A DNA stretch of 64,000 nucleotides, taken from positions 64,001 through 128,000 of the forward strand of contig JBNKUM010000094.1 of the NCBI GenBank assembly GCA_050298595.1. Reading direction: 5' to 3'. The DNA is from Gammaproteobacteria bacterium (GTDB lineage: Bacteria > Pseudomonadota > Gammaproteobacteria > GCA-001735895). The notes under the pieces were generated by a model. That model did no database searches. It was not told where the DNA came from and worked only from the letters and a program-made list of their open reading frames with translations. Each line of letters begins with the position of its first letter. Position 1 is the stretch's first letter. The position numbers were made by a program, and so were the translations under genes. This document shows, piece by piece, positions 22,150 through 31,705 of the stretch.

Positions 22150-23898
22150 ATGGCTTTCCGAAAAAAAATACGCTTAGGCGATCTACTGGTAGAAAAAGGC
22201 TTAATTACTGAAGATCAGTTAATCCTGGCATTACAGGAACAAAAAAAGCTGGGTCGTAAGCTAGGTAGTACGCTGGTAGAGCTAGGCATGATTGATGAGC
22301 AGAGTATTTTAAACCTGCTTTCAAGTCAGCTGGCGATTCCACTGGTGGATTTAAGAAATTATACCTATGATGAAAATGTCGTTAGAACGCTTTCAGAAAG
22401 TATTGCGAGAAGATATCGGGCCATAGTGCTGGAAGACAGAGCTTCTGATTATCTGGTGGGTATGGCTGACCCAACCGATTTGTACGCACTAGATGAAATT
22501 CAGGAGAAGCTATCCAAGCCGGTGAGCCAGGCAATAGTTCGTGAAGGAGATTTATTACAAACCTTTGACAAGGTTTATCGTCGTACAGAAGAAATTAGTG
22601 CATTAGCCGAGGAGCTGGGTCAGGAATTATCCAGTGGCAGTGCCGAACTAACAAATCTACTGCAAGCCGAAATGACCGATGCTCCGGTCGCCAAGTTATT
22701 GCAGTCTATCTTTGAAGATGCAGTGCAGGTGAACGCCTCAGATATTCATATCGAACCGGATAAAAGTGTTATCCGCATACGGCAGCGTATAGATGGTATT
22801 CTGTATGAGCAGGTGATGAAAGAGATACAGATTGCTCCAGCAGTGGTTGTTCGTTTGAAGTTAATGGCTGGCCTGAATATTTCTGAAAAAAGATTACCTC
22901 AGGATGGTCGATTTCAAATGACTGTCAATGGGCGAGATATCGATGTGCGTTTATCGACCATGCCGGTACAGTATGGTGAGTCGGTGGTTATGCGTTTACT
23001 CGACCAAACCCGTGGTGCATTGAATATTGAGCAGCTGGGTATGCCGCCTGAGCTACTAAAAAGGTTTCGTAAGAATTTTCATTTACCCCATGGTATGGTG
23101 CTGGTAACAGGGCCAACCGGTAGTGGTAAAACGACTTCATTATATGCAGCGCTTAGTGAATTAAATAAGGCTGAATCCAAAATCATCACAGTTGAAGATC
23201 CGGTTGAATACCGACTAAGTCGAATCAGTCAGGTTCAGGTAAATCCTAAGATAGGACTGAATTTTGCCTCGGTGCTTCGGTCAGCACTACGTCAGGATCC
23301 AGATATCATCATGGTGGGTGAGATGCGTGATCGTGAAACGGTAGAAATAGGGGTCAGTGCGGCAATGACAGGGCATCTGGTGCTATCTACCTTGCATACC
23401 AATGATACGGTTTCTACTGCCACACGCTTGCTGGATATGGGTGTAGAAGGCTATCTGCTGGCGACTACCTTGCGTTCGGTAATCGCTCAGCGACTGATTA
23501 GAAAGGTTTGCAGTAATTGTGCCGATACCTACATCCCTGACGTTTTTGAAACCACCTGGATCAGGGATCAACTGCATCTCGAAGCCAGCAAATTTCAATA
23601 CAAGTCAGGTAAAGGTTGTAACCATTGTGGGTTCACCGGCTATCAAGGACGTATGGGTGTTTACGAATTACTGGAAATGAATTCAGAACTGGCTGAAACC
23701 TTGCGCCGTGATGATACGCAGGGGTTTGTTGAAGCAGCTGCAAGAGCACCAGGTTATCAACCCCTGGTCAATGTTGCGCACGATTATGCCACTCGAGGAT
23801 GGACAACCGTTGATGAAATTCTAAAGCTGGCAGGACAGTCGCGAGATGAATTGCTCGATGAGCCTGTGCTAGAGCTTGAGCTGGAGCCGGGTGAATAA
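22150..23898 (+). CDS. mshE: MSHA extension ATPase with MshEN c-di-GMP-binding domain
   Basis: Tandem RLGxxLxxxG motif, GPTGSGKT, RQDPD, STLHTN, CxxC pairs. Confidence 0.95.
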   Translation: MAFRKKIRLGDLLVEKGLITEDQLILALQEQKKLGRKLGSTLVELGMIDEQSILNLLSSQLAIPLVDLRNYTYDENVVRTLSESIARRYRAIVLEDRASDYLVGMADPTDLYALDEIQEKLSKPVSQAIVREGDLLQTFDKVYRRTEEISALAEELGQELSSGSAELTNLLQAEMTDAPVAKLLQSIFEDAVQVNASDIHIEPDKSVIRIRQRIDGILYEQVMKEIQIAPAVVVRLKLMAGLNISEKRLPQDGRFQMTVNGRDIDVRLSTMPVQYGESVVMRLLDQTRGALNIEQLGMPPELLKRFRKNFHLPHGMVLVTGPTGSGKTTSLYAALSELNKAESKIITVEDPVEYRLSRISQVQVNPKIGLNFASVLRSALRQDPDIIMVGEMRDRETVEIGVSAAMTGHLVLSTLHTNDTVSTATRLLDMGVEGYLLATTLRSVIAQRLIRKVCSNCADTYIPDVFETTWIRDQLHLEASKFQYKSGKGCNHCGFTGYQGRMGVYELLEMNSELAETLRRDDTQGFVEAAARAPGYQPLVNVAHDYATRGWTTVDEILKLAGQSRDELLDEPVLELELEPGE

Positions 23899-25121
23899 TG
23901 CCTTTATATAGTTACAAGGGCAGGCATCAAAACGGCGAGCTGGCTGAAGGCGAGCTGGAGGCATTAAATAGCAATGCGGTAGCCGGCCAGTTAATGGATA
24001 AAGGCGTTACTCCTTTAACTATCATAGAAAAAAAACAACAGGTCGATGTCATAGATCAGATCAAGGAAAAGCTGGATCTGTATCAGGTAAGTATAGAAGA
24101 GTTATTGATGTTCACCCGTCAGATGGGCGCCTTGCTGAAGGCGGGTATTCCAGTAACCCGCGCCATAACCGGTATACTGGAATCGATCAGCAATCCGTTG
24201 ATGGTTAAGGCGTTAAAAGATACTAACGAACAGCTTGAATCAGGGCGCAGTCTTTCAATTGCTTTTGCACGGCACCCCAGGGTTTTTAGTAATCTGTATA
24301 TCAGTATGATCCAGGTAGGAGAAAATACCGGAAAGCTGGACGGTGCATTTAACCAGATGGCAACCTATATCGATCGTAACAGGCGTATGAGTCATAACAT
24401 CTCTGCTGCTTTGCGTTATCCGACTATTGTGATAATGGCAATTGTCATTGCGCTGGCTATTGTAAATTTATTTGTGATTCCCAAGTTTGCTTCATTCTTT
24501 GAAGCAAATCATCTGGAACTACCCTGGCAGACGATTGTGTTGCTCAATACCTCTAACTTTTTTGTAGCATATTGGCCGTATATACTGGTTCTGGGTATTA
24601 TCTTATGGGTGGCGTTTAAAAAGTATATCTCGACAGTTAAAGGTCGCTATAAATGGCATCAGTTTATCCTTAGAACACCGGTAATTGGTGAAATTTTACT
24701 GCGCGCCTATCTGGCACGCTTTGCACGTTCTTTCTCTATGGCTTATGGTGCTGGAGTACCCATTGTGCAAGGTATGGGGGTAATATCGCGTTCGGTTGGT
24801 AACGATTATATCGCCGACCATGTGTCCAATATGCGCGAAGGCATAGAGCGTGGTGAGCCCTTGACCCTGACTGCGCAGAAAACAGGCATGTTCACCCCAG
24901 TAGTTATGCAAATGTTTGCAGTGGGTGAAGAGGCCGGTAATCTGGAAGAGATGATGGATTATATTGCAGACTTTTACGAGGAAGAGGTGGATTACGATGT
25001 TAAAACCCTGTCAGATAAACTGGAACCCCTGATTTATGTATTTGTCGGCGCGCTGGTATTGATTCTGGCAATGGGAATCTTTGTGCCAATGTGGGATATC
25101 GCGCAACTGGCTGGAAAATGA
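23898..25121 (+). CDS. mshG: MSHA inner-membrane platform protein
   Basis: GspF/PilC family: FTRQ..LLKAGIP, GENTGKLD, ALRYP, GEEAGNL. Confidence 0.93.
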   Translation: MPLYSYKGRHQNGELAEGELEALNSNAVAGQLMDKGVTPLTIIEKKQQVDVIDQIKEKLDLYQVSIEELLMFTRQMGALLKAGIPVTRAITGILESISNPLMVKALKDTNEQLESGRSLSIAFARHPRVFSNLYISMIQVGENTGKLDGAFNQMATYIDRNRRMSHNISAALRYPTIVIMAIVIALAIVNLFVIPKFASFFEANHLELPWQTIVLLNTSNFFVAYWPYILVLGIILWVAFKKYISTVKGRYKWHQFILRTPVIGEILLRAYLARFARSFSMAYGAGVPIVQGMGVISRSVGNDYIADHVSNMREGIERGEPLTLTAQKTGMFTPVVMQMFAVGEEAGNLEEMMDYIADFYEEEVDYDVKTLSDKLEPLIYVFVGALVLILAMGIFVPMWDIAQLAGK

Positions 25122-25603
25122 ATCAAGTCACCTCGAATCCGGGTGCTTCCCGGTTCCGCTCTATCTTGGCTTTAATTGTCTTTCTTGCCTGTTTCTCTAT
25201 TTTTCTGCTCTATACCGCTGATGTATCAAAGAAAGTGGATAAAATTGCAAGGGAAAGGGTGATCAATGAAATCAATGTCGCCCTATCAATGCGCCTGTTC
25301 CAGTCTACGATTGAAGGTACTTTAGGTGAACTTTCTAAAATTCATAAAAAGAACCCCTTTATTATATTAAACGGCAAGGATTACCAGGTCCCTGAAGACT
25401 ATATGGGGCAGATAAGTGACAAAGAAACACCTCGGATTTCCGGTTGGTACTATGATAAGGAGCAGGAAAATATTTTTTACTGGGATGGTGATGCTCGTTT
25501 ATTTCAATACCAGTTACAGTTCCTGTATCGAGATGCCAACAACTCAGGGCGCTATGAGTCGAGTGAAGATGTTATTGAAAACCTGAAAATGGTTAGTCAA
25601 TAA
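25118..25603 (+). CDS. MshF-like degenerate pilin-like protein
   Basis: ATGA overlap with mshG; G|ASRFR + TM (degenerate class III signal, no E5); NPF and GWYYD motifs. Confidence 0.6.
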   Translation: MNQVTSNPGASRFRSILALIVFLACFSIFLLYTADVSKKVDKIARERVINEINVALSMRLFQSTIEGTLGELSKIHKKNPFIILNGKDYQVPEDYMGQISDKETPRISGWYYDKEQENIFYWDGDARLFQYQLQFLYRDANNSGRYESSEDVIENLKMVSQ

Positions 25604-25604
25604 G

Positions 25605-25635
25605 AAAGCCGTATAAAGTATTTATACGGCTTTTT
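25605..25635. terminator. Probable bidirectional intrinsic terminator between convergent mshF-like and mshA
   Basis: Perfect 13-bp inverted repeat AAAGCCGTATAAA-gta-TTTATACGGCTTT followed by a T tract. Confidence 0.85.
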
Positions 25636-25646
25636 ATTGTTATATA

Positions 25647-26099
25647 TTAAGGTATTACACCTGTACAAATGATGGTTGCAACGCTGGCCGCTGTGCCCTG
25701 AGTGTTATTTACAGAACATTTAAAGGTTTGACCTGCGGTACAGGCAGCATCTTCAGTAGTAATATCACCACCAGTTGTGCCTGTTATGATGGCATATTGG
25801 TAGTTGGAAGTTGGAGCGCTACCGCTAGCCATTAGGGCATCTAATGATGAAGAAGGGCTAGTTCCAGTACTAATGCAATCTGCAGTGGCAATTGCGGTGG
25901 GAGATGCACCAACTGCACTGGCTGCGAAATTTATCGCAGCGGCTGATGACAATTCTGATGCAAGACCTTGTGCGGCAGCGTTAGCGGCCTCGGCGGATAA
26001 ATTCTGAAACTTACCCAGTGCAGTGACACCAAGAATACCCAGTAATACGATTACCACCACCAGTTCTATGAGTGTGAAACCGCTTTGTGATCTTTTCAT
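25647..26099 (-). CDS. mshA: MSHA major pilin, on the opposite strand to the rest of the cluster
   Basis: QSG|[27 protein letters not shown]; Ser/Thr/Ala-rich head with four Cys. Confidence 0.8.
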   Translation of the reverse strand: MKRSQSGFTLIELVVVIVLLGILGVTALGKFQNLSAEAANAAAQGLASELSSAAAINFAASAVGASPTAIATADCISTGTSPSSSLDALMASGSAPTSNYQYAIITGTTGGDITTEDAACTAGQTFKCSVNNTQGTAASVATIICTGVIP

Positions 26100-26183
26100 A
26101 ATAAAATACCTTTAAAGGTGTTAAATGGATTTAGCAGTCTGTTTTTTACTTTTAAAGTTAAAGTAATATACTTATTGAGTGCT

Positions 26184-26205
26184 TTAAGTGAATGATTTCA
26201 CATTA
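26184..26205. promoter_or_regulatory. CRP/Vfr-like binding site in the divergent mshA-mshC spacer
   Basis: tta-AGTGA-atgatt-TCACA-tta matches 9/10 core positions of TGTGA-N6-TCACA. Confidence 0.6.
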
Positions 26206-26228
26206 TAAATAGACCATAGGTTCAGTAA

Positions 26229-26699
26229 ATGCAAGGTGGATATCATAAAGGTTTTACATTAATCGAATTGATTTCGGTTGTTATTCTTTTATCCATACTT
26301 GGTGTGGCGGCTTTTTCACGCTTAGGTAATATGAACCAGTTTGAGACAAGGGCATTTTATAACGATACGGTGACTGCTCTGAGGTATGCGCAAAAGTTAG
26401 CGATTAGTACCGGTTGTAATGTGCAGGCAACACTGACCGCTAACAGTTATGCGTTGAACCAGCGTCAGATAGATTGTAAAAATGGCACTTATACGCGACC
26501 GGTCCTTAATCCTGCAAATCGAGCGCAAAATTATACGGCCAACGTCCCTGCGGGAAGTGGTATCACTATCAGTCCAGCTGCGGTTTTTGTGTTCACACCT
26601 CAATCCACGGTAACGGGTCTTGCAGCTAACACGGATTTCACCATTGATGGTCGAACATTCACTGTGTTCCCGCTTTCAGGTTTAATCAATGTGCCGTAA
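26229..26699 (+). CDS. mshC: MSHA minor pilin MshC
   Basis: G|FTLIELISV; ALRYAQKLA. Confidence 0.82.
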   Translation: MQGGYHKGFTLIELISVVILLSILGVAAFSRLGNMNQFETRAFYNDTVTALRYAQKLAISTGCNVQATLTANSYALNQRQIDCKNGTYTRPVLNPANRAQNYTANVPAGSGITISPAAVFVFTPQSTVTGLAANTDFTIDGRTFTVFPLSGLINVP

Positions 26700-27150
26700 T
26701 TCCATTAGCAAGTTTTCGGCTTTTACCCTGATAGAGATTCTCGTCACTATCGTGGTGATCAGTATTGCAGGCACCGCGTTAATGGGTGTGTATACCAGTA
26801 TGGTGGCTAAAAGCGCCGATCCAATTATCCAGCAGCAGGCATTGGCGATTGCAGAAGCTTATATGGAGGAAATTCGTCTAAAGGCATTTACTGACCCAGA
26901 TGGGGTTGGAGGCGAAATACGAGCTAATTTTGATGATATTCTGGATTACAATAATTTGCCAGATGCAAACGTGCGAGACCAAAATGGTGCTGTGATCCCT
27001 TCCTTATCGGCTTATAGTGTGGCGGTTACAGTGGCCGCCGCACCTTTCGCAGGTATTCCTGTGGCAGATTCAATGCGCATAGATGTAGTGGTTGGTCACC
27101 CTGCAATCTCCCCCATTACTCTGTCCAGCTTCAGGACGAGTTACAGATGA
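26689..27150 (+). CDS. mshD: MSHA minor pilin MshD
   Basis: A|FTLIEI; SADP..QQQA..IAEAYMEEI; FDDILDY. Confidence 0.85.
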   Translation: MCRNSISKFSAFTLIEILVTIVVISIAGTALMGVYTSMVAKSADPIIQQQALAIAEAYMEEIRLKAFTDPDGVGGEIRANFDDILDYNNLPDANVRDQNGAVIPSLSAYSVAVTVAAAPFAGIPVADSMRIDVVVGHPAISPITLSSFRTSYR

Positions 27151-28031
27151 ACAGGCAGCACGCTTTTACCTTAATTGAATTAATCGTCGTGGTTGTACTG
27201 TTGGGTATTATGGCTGCTGGAGCCGGCATGTTAATTTCTAAACCCATTGAAGCCTATAGCGACCAGCTGCGCAGGCAGCAACTGGTAGATTCGGCTGAAA
27301 TGTCATTGCGTAAGATCACTACAGATATTCGACGAGCCCTGCCCAATAGTATCCGTATTACCAATAATCAACCAGTAGGATGGGCTTTGGAGATGGTCAA
27401 TACGGTTGATGCTGCGCGATATCGTGATGAAGCTGGTGGGGCTTTTACGCAACCGGCTCAGATTCTGGATTTCTCTGCGCCAGATAATAGCTTTAATCTG
27501 CTGGGCCGGTTTTCGGTGCTGGATATTGGGGCGACAGCGGCGGGTTACCCTGCTGTTTTTCCTCTCCTCCGTGCAGTGGTATATAACACTGATAACGCTA
27601 CTATTTACACTCAGGCTGCGCTCGGAACTAACCCCGGCATTATTAGTGCTGCCGGAATAACAGTGGGTATTAATGGTATCGAGGAGAATGTGACTCTTAC
27701 AGCGTCACATCAATTCAGTCTTCAATCGCCGGAGCAAAGGGTTTTTCTGGTGGATGGGCCTGTGAGTTATATCTGTGATACCACAACAGGGCAGTTAACC
27801 CGCTATACCGGATACGCTTTTCAGGCAGCACAAGCGAGTACTGATTTGGCGCTAGGGCTGGCTGGGGCGACAGGGGGAACTGTAGCCACTCAGGTAAGTT
27901 CGTGTAGTATCGACTATGATCCCGGTACCGCGCAAAGGGCCGGCATGATTACGCTTGGAGTTTCATTAACCGATGCACAGAGTGAAAGTGTCAGCCTGTT
28001 GCAACAGGTGCATGTGGATAACCAGCCATGA
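27147..28031 (+). CDS. mshO: MSHA minor pilin MshO
   Basis: A|FTLIEL; DIRRALPNSIR; C-terminal QVHVDNQP. Confidence 0.88.
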   Translation: MNRQHAFTLIELIVVVVLLGIMAAGAGMLISKPIEAYSDQLRRQQLVDSAEMSLRKITTDIRRALPNSIRITNNQPVGWALEMVNTVDAARYRDEAGGAFTQPAQILDFSAPDNSFNLLGRFSVLDIGATAAGYPAVFPLLRAVVYNTDNATIYTQAALGTNPGIISAAGITVGINGIEENVTLTASHQFSLQSPEQRVFLVDGPVSYICDTTTGQLTRYTGYAFQAAQASTDLALGLAGATGGTVATQVSSCSIDYDPGTAQRAGMITLGVSLTDAQSESVSLLQQVHVDNQP

Positions 28032-28471
28032 TGAGAGCGACACAAAAAGGTTTTTCGCTGGTTACTGCAATCTTTCTGCTAGTGGTATTGGCGGGGTTGT
28101 TGGGGTATATGGTCAACCTAAGCGTGGTTCAGCATAATACTGTCGCCATGGCTGTTAGAGGCGCCCAGGCAATGCAGGCGGCGCGTTCGGCGCTGGATTA
28201 TGCGATCTTTCAGGTATTGCCGCTTCCCGGTGGAGGAGGATGTGCCATAGTTGCAGGAAATGTAGGCTTTATTGGAGCTGGACCCGCATTGGCGCCGTAT
28301 AACGTGCGGTTGATCTGTATTGAATCCACTCATATAGAAGGTGTTACTCCGTTTACCGTGTATGAGCTGACGGCAGAGGCCACTAGTGGCGCTTATGCTT
28401 CAGGCGCAAACGCTAACCCAGATTATGTTTCACGCAGAATACGCGCTACAGTCTCAACTCCGCCACCTTAA
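28028..28471 (+). CDS. mshP: MSHA minor pilin MshP
   Basis: QKG|FSLVTAIFLLVVLA (no E5); AMQAARSAL; YVSRRI. Confidence 0.85.
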   Translation: MMRATQKGFSLVTAIFLLVVLAGLLGYMVNLSVVQHNTVAMAVRGAQAMQAARSALDYAIFQVLPLPGGGGCAIVAGNVGFIGAGPALAPYNVRLICIESTHIEGVTPFTVYELTAEATSGAYASGANANPDYVSRRIRATVSTPPP

Positions 28472-28518
28472 AAACGCCTGAAATATCAATAATTTCTGAA
28501 TCAGTGTTAAAGTACGGT

Positions 28519-28547
28519 TTGAGTCGTTGAGATTTCAACAGTATACT
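28519..28547 (+). promoter_or_regulatory. Sigma70 promoter with a palindromic operator in its spacer, upstream of the response regulator
   Basis: TTGAGT-N17-TATACT; spacer contains GTTGA-gatt-TCAAC. Confidence 0.55.
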
Positions 28548-28574
28548 GTAATAACTATTTTTTAGTGATATCCC

Positions 28575-30017
28575 ATGAACTCCGTATCAAACCAGCATCC
28601 CACTCTTTTATTGGTCGATGATGATTCGATTATTGCGGAGAGCCTCGAGTACGTCTTAAGTGATGAGTACGATGTAAAAATTGCTTATGATCGGCTCAAT
28701 TGTATCCAGGTTCTAGCAAGCTATCAGACGCCTCCCCAGCTGGCTCTGGTTGACCTGGGGCTACCCCCGGATACACATAAACCTGATGAAGGCTTTGCGG
28801 TCATTGAATATCTTCATGAACATTTTCCAATGACTCAGATTATTGTTTTATCGGGTCAGGATGAGCATAAATATGTCGAAAGTGCAAAAAAGCTGGGTGC
28901 TGTAGATTTTATTTCCAAGCCCTGTGATGTAGCAGCTCTTAAAGCGCGCTTAAGCCCCTATCTGAGCAAAGATAGAAATAATGAGCCTGAGCAACGACCG
29001 CTGAAGGGCATAGTCGGAGAGAGTCCTGCTATTGAATTATTACGCATGCAGATCAGACAGCTGGCCGACTCTCCTTACCCGGTGTTAATAGAAGGGGCCT
29101 CAGGTAGTGGTAAGGAGTTGGCAGCTCATTATTTGCATAACCTGAGTGTTAGAGAATCCAGTCCATTTTTTACATTGAATTGTGCGGCTTTTAATGGTGA
29201 GTTACTGGAGTCTCAGTTGTTTGGCCATGTGAGAGGTGCATTTACCGGGGCGACTGATTCAAAAAATGGTTTTTTTGAAGAGGCTGGTGATGGCACATTG
29301 CTGCTTGATGAAATCGCCGATTTACCGCTCGATTTGCAGGCAAAATTACTGCGCGTACTGGAAAACGGTGAATACTACCGCCTGGGTGAGACTCGTGCGC
29401 GCACCTCTACTGCTCGAGTGCTGGCAGCCAGCAACAAAGATTTGCTGGCAGCTATTGATAGCGGACAATTTAGAGAAGATCTCTACCATCGCCTCAGTGT
29501 ACTCACATTGCGAGTTCCCACTCTGCATGAGCGAAGAGAGGATAAGTTGGTATTACTTGACCATTTTCAGCAATTAGTAAACCCCCAAACTCAGGGCTTT
29601 GTACTGGATGAAGACGCTAAAGCACTGTGGATGGAGTATGAATTCCCCGGCAATGTGCGAGAATTGCGCAATATAGTTATTCGATTGTCAGCTAAGTATC
29701 CCGGCCAAACCATCAAGCGCTCGGTGCTGGAGATTGAGATGACAGGTAAAAGGGTGCGGAGTACTGGGCTGAACGAGGATGACATGTTCCTGAAAAACCT
29801 ACATTCAGGAGATTTTCAGTTAAATGAAGAGTTAAAGCGTGTGGAGCAGCACTATATCGAACTCGCGCTAAAAGAAAGTTCGAATAACATGAGTAAAGCG
29901 GCTGCGCTACTGGGTGTCAACCGCTCTACACTATATGGGCGAATGGAACGTACTGGAGAATTAAAAGCAACTGGTATGAGAAATGATCTGGATTTCAACA
30001 ATAAAGGGTTAGGGTGA
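28575..30017 (+). CDS. Sigma54-dependent response regulator (REC-AAA-Fis HTH; PilR/PrsR-like)
   Basis: LVDDD, DLGLPP receiver Asp, GASGSGKE, GAFTGA, FPGNVREL, AAALLGVNRSTLY. Confidence 0.93.
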   Translation: MNSVSNQHPTLLLVDDDSIIAESLEYVLSDEYDVKIAYDRLNCIQVLASYQTPPQLALVDLGLPPDTHKPDEGFAVIEYLHEHFPMTQIIVLSGQDEHKYVESAKKLGAVDFISKPCDVAALKARLSPYLSKDRNNEPEQRPLKGIVGESPAIELLRMQIRQLADSPYPVLIEGASGSGKELAAHYLHNLSVRESSPFFTLNCAAFNGELLESQLFGHVRGAFTGATDSKNGFFEEAGDGTLLLDEIADLPLDLQAKLLRVLENGEYYRLGETRARTSTARVLAASNKDLLAAIDSGQFREDLYHRLSVLTLRVPTLHERREDKLVLLDHFQQLVNPQTQGFVLDEDAKALWMEYEFPGNVRELRNIVIRLSAKYPGQTIKRSVLEIEMTGKRVRSTGLNEDDMFLKNLHSGDFQLNEELKRVEQHYIELALKESSNNMSKAAALLGVNRSTLYGRMERTGELKATGMRNDLDFNNKGLG

Positions 30018-30023
30018 TTACCT

Positions 30024-31670
30024 GTGTATGAAGCGTACTTTGGTTTAAATCGACAACCATTCCGTATCACACCGGATACTTCTCTATTCTTTGACGGTGG
30101 ACGCCGTGGAGATATTCTCGGAGCGCTGGTATATGCAGTGCACCGAGGGGAAGGCATCATTAAGGTGGTCGGCGAGGTCGGTAGTGGTAAAACCATGCTG
30201 TGCCGTATGTTGCAGATCGAATTACCAGATAGTGTTGAAATTATTTATATCGCTAATCCCAGTGTGTCCCCTGAAGATATCCTTTTTGTGATTGCGGATG
30301 AGCTGAAGTTTGATGTGAAGCGCGATGCCTCCAAGCATGAGCTGGTGAGCATGCTGCAGAATTATCTGCTGAAAAGGCACGCTGAAAACAAACAGGTGGT
30401 CTTGTTTGTTGAAGAGGCTCAGGGAATGCCGCTGGAAACGCTCGAAGAGATACGACTGTTATCGAATCTTGAAACTGATCGACACAAATTATTACAAATT
30501 ATCCTGTTCGGTCAGCCCGAACTGGATGAGAATCTGGCGAATAATTCTATTCGTCAACTTCGTGAAAGGATTACTCATGATTTTAATCTTTCGCCTTTAA
30601 CCAGTGAAGAGATTCACAAATACCTGAATTTCAGGATGCGAGAAGTCGGTTATACTGGCCCCGAACTTATCAGTAAGAAACTGGCTCATCAGATGGCGAA
30701 GCATTCGGCGGGCCTGTTAAGGCGTATAAATATTCTGGGCGATAAAATGCTTCTGTCGGCTTTTGCTGAAGGCACTCATAATATCACCACTAAGCATTTG
30801 ATGAACGCGGTGAAAGATAGTGGTTTTAGTGAGCTGCATTATAAACAGAACAAAACACTGTCAATAATATTAGTGTCAGGGTTGTTGACCCTGTTGATCT
30901 TGATGGCGGCCTACATCGCGTATAAGCAGGGTTTTGCACTGGCGGGGTTGGGTGCAGAAACAGCAGGATTATCTGAAATACCTAAAAAAGAAACCTTAGA
31001 AACCCCACTTGCCACAGCGTCTGTTGAAGAACAACCTAATAAGTCTGCCGTTCTATCAGAAATGCAGTCCTACGCGCAAGAGATAGATCATCAGTTGGCT
31101 GAACCTGAAGTTATTGAGCCAGAGCTAAAGGTAGCAGAAAGAATTAATACCGCTATAGAAGATGATAAGGCTAGCGAAAAACAAACTGTGCAGTTTCAAG
31201 GTGTAAATACCGATATTATAAATCCACTTGCTGAAATGCCGGATAGTTCAAAAAAAAATCAACACTCAGTGGTTAAACTTGATAAAGTTACAGAAAATCA
31301 GCCTCTTGAAGTAGTATCTTCAAGTGAAATGCCTCAAAACTATGAGGCATGGCTACAGAATAAAATTCAGCAGAGTATAAAGTGGTTAAAAGGGGCTGAT
31401 GCGCATGGTGTTTCAATTCAGGTCATGATGCGTAGCAAGGTGGCGATGAAAGAGCTTGCATTATATCTGCAAAATGACTGGCCTCTGGAGCTGGATAAAA
31501 CCTATATATATGAAGTCAAGTTGAAGGATAGAAGCATTTATCGGGTATTCTATGATGAGTATCCTAACGTTACTTTGGGGCATCAGAGCATTAAACAATT
31601 ACCCGAATCGGTGCGAGTCAATTCACCTTACTTGCATTCTATCAACCGGATGCAAGAAGAGTTGTTATAA
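30024..31670 (+). CDS. ExeA/MshM-like AAA ATPase with TM and C-terminal SPOR-like domain
   Basis: GEVGSGKT, EEAQ, RLLSNLET, FGQPEL; TM near aa 280-300; C-terminal SIQVM...YRVFY...LP..VR.NSPY. Confidence 0.85.
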   Translation: MYEAYFGLNRQPFRITPDTSLFFDGGRRGDILGALVYAVHRGEGIIKVVGEVGSGKTMLCRMLQIELPDSVEIIYIANPSVSPEDILFVIADELKFDVKRDASKHELVSMLQNYLLKRHAENKQVVLFVEEAQGMPLETLEEIRLLSNLETDRHKLLQIILFGQPELDENLANNSIRQLRERITHDFNLSPLTSEEIHKYLNFRMREVGYTGPELISKKLAHQMAKHSAGLLRRINILGDKMLLSAFAEGTHNITTKHLMNAVKDSGFSELHYKQNKTLSIILVSGLLTLLILMAAYIAYKQGFALAGLGAETAGLSEIPKKETLETPLATASVEEQPNKSAVLSEMQSYAQEIDHQLAEPEVIEPELKVAERINTAIEDDKASEKQTVQFQGVNTDIINPLAEMPDSSKKNQHSVVKLDKVTENQPLEVVSSSEMPQNYEAWLQNKIQQSIKWLKGADAHGVSIQVMMRSKVAMKELALYLQNDWPLELDKTYIYEVKLKDRSIYRVFYDEYPNVTLGHQSIKQLPESVRVNSPYLHSINRMQEELL

Positions 31671-31705
31671 ATTTGAATAGGTTCTTGTAAGGACTGGGAA
31701 AAACA

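Noticed and set aside
25604-26228. mshA as a recombinase-driven invertible (phase-variable) segment
   Set aside because: Only a 7-bp AT-rich inverted match (TTTTATT/AATAAAA) flanks it, no recombinase is in the window, and the terminator fits the present orientation.
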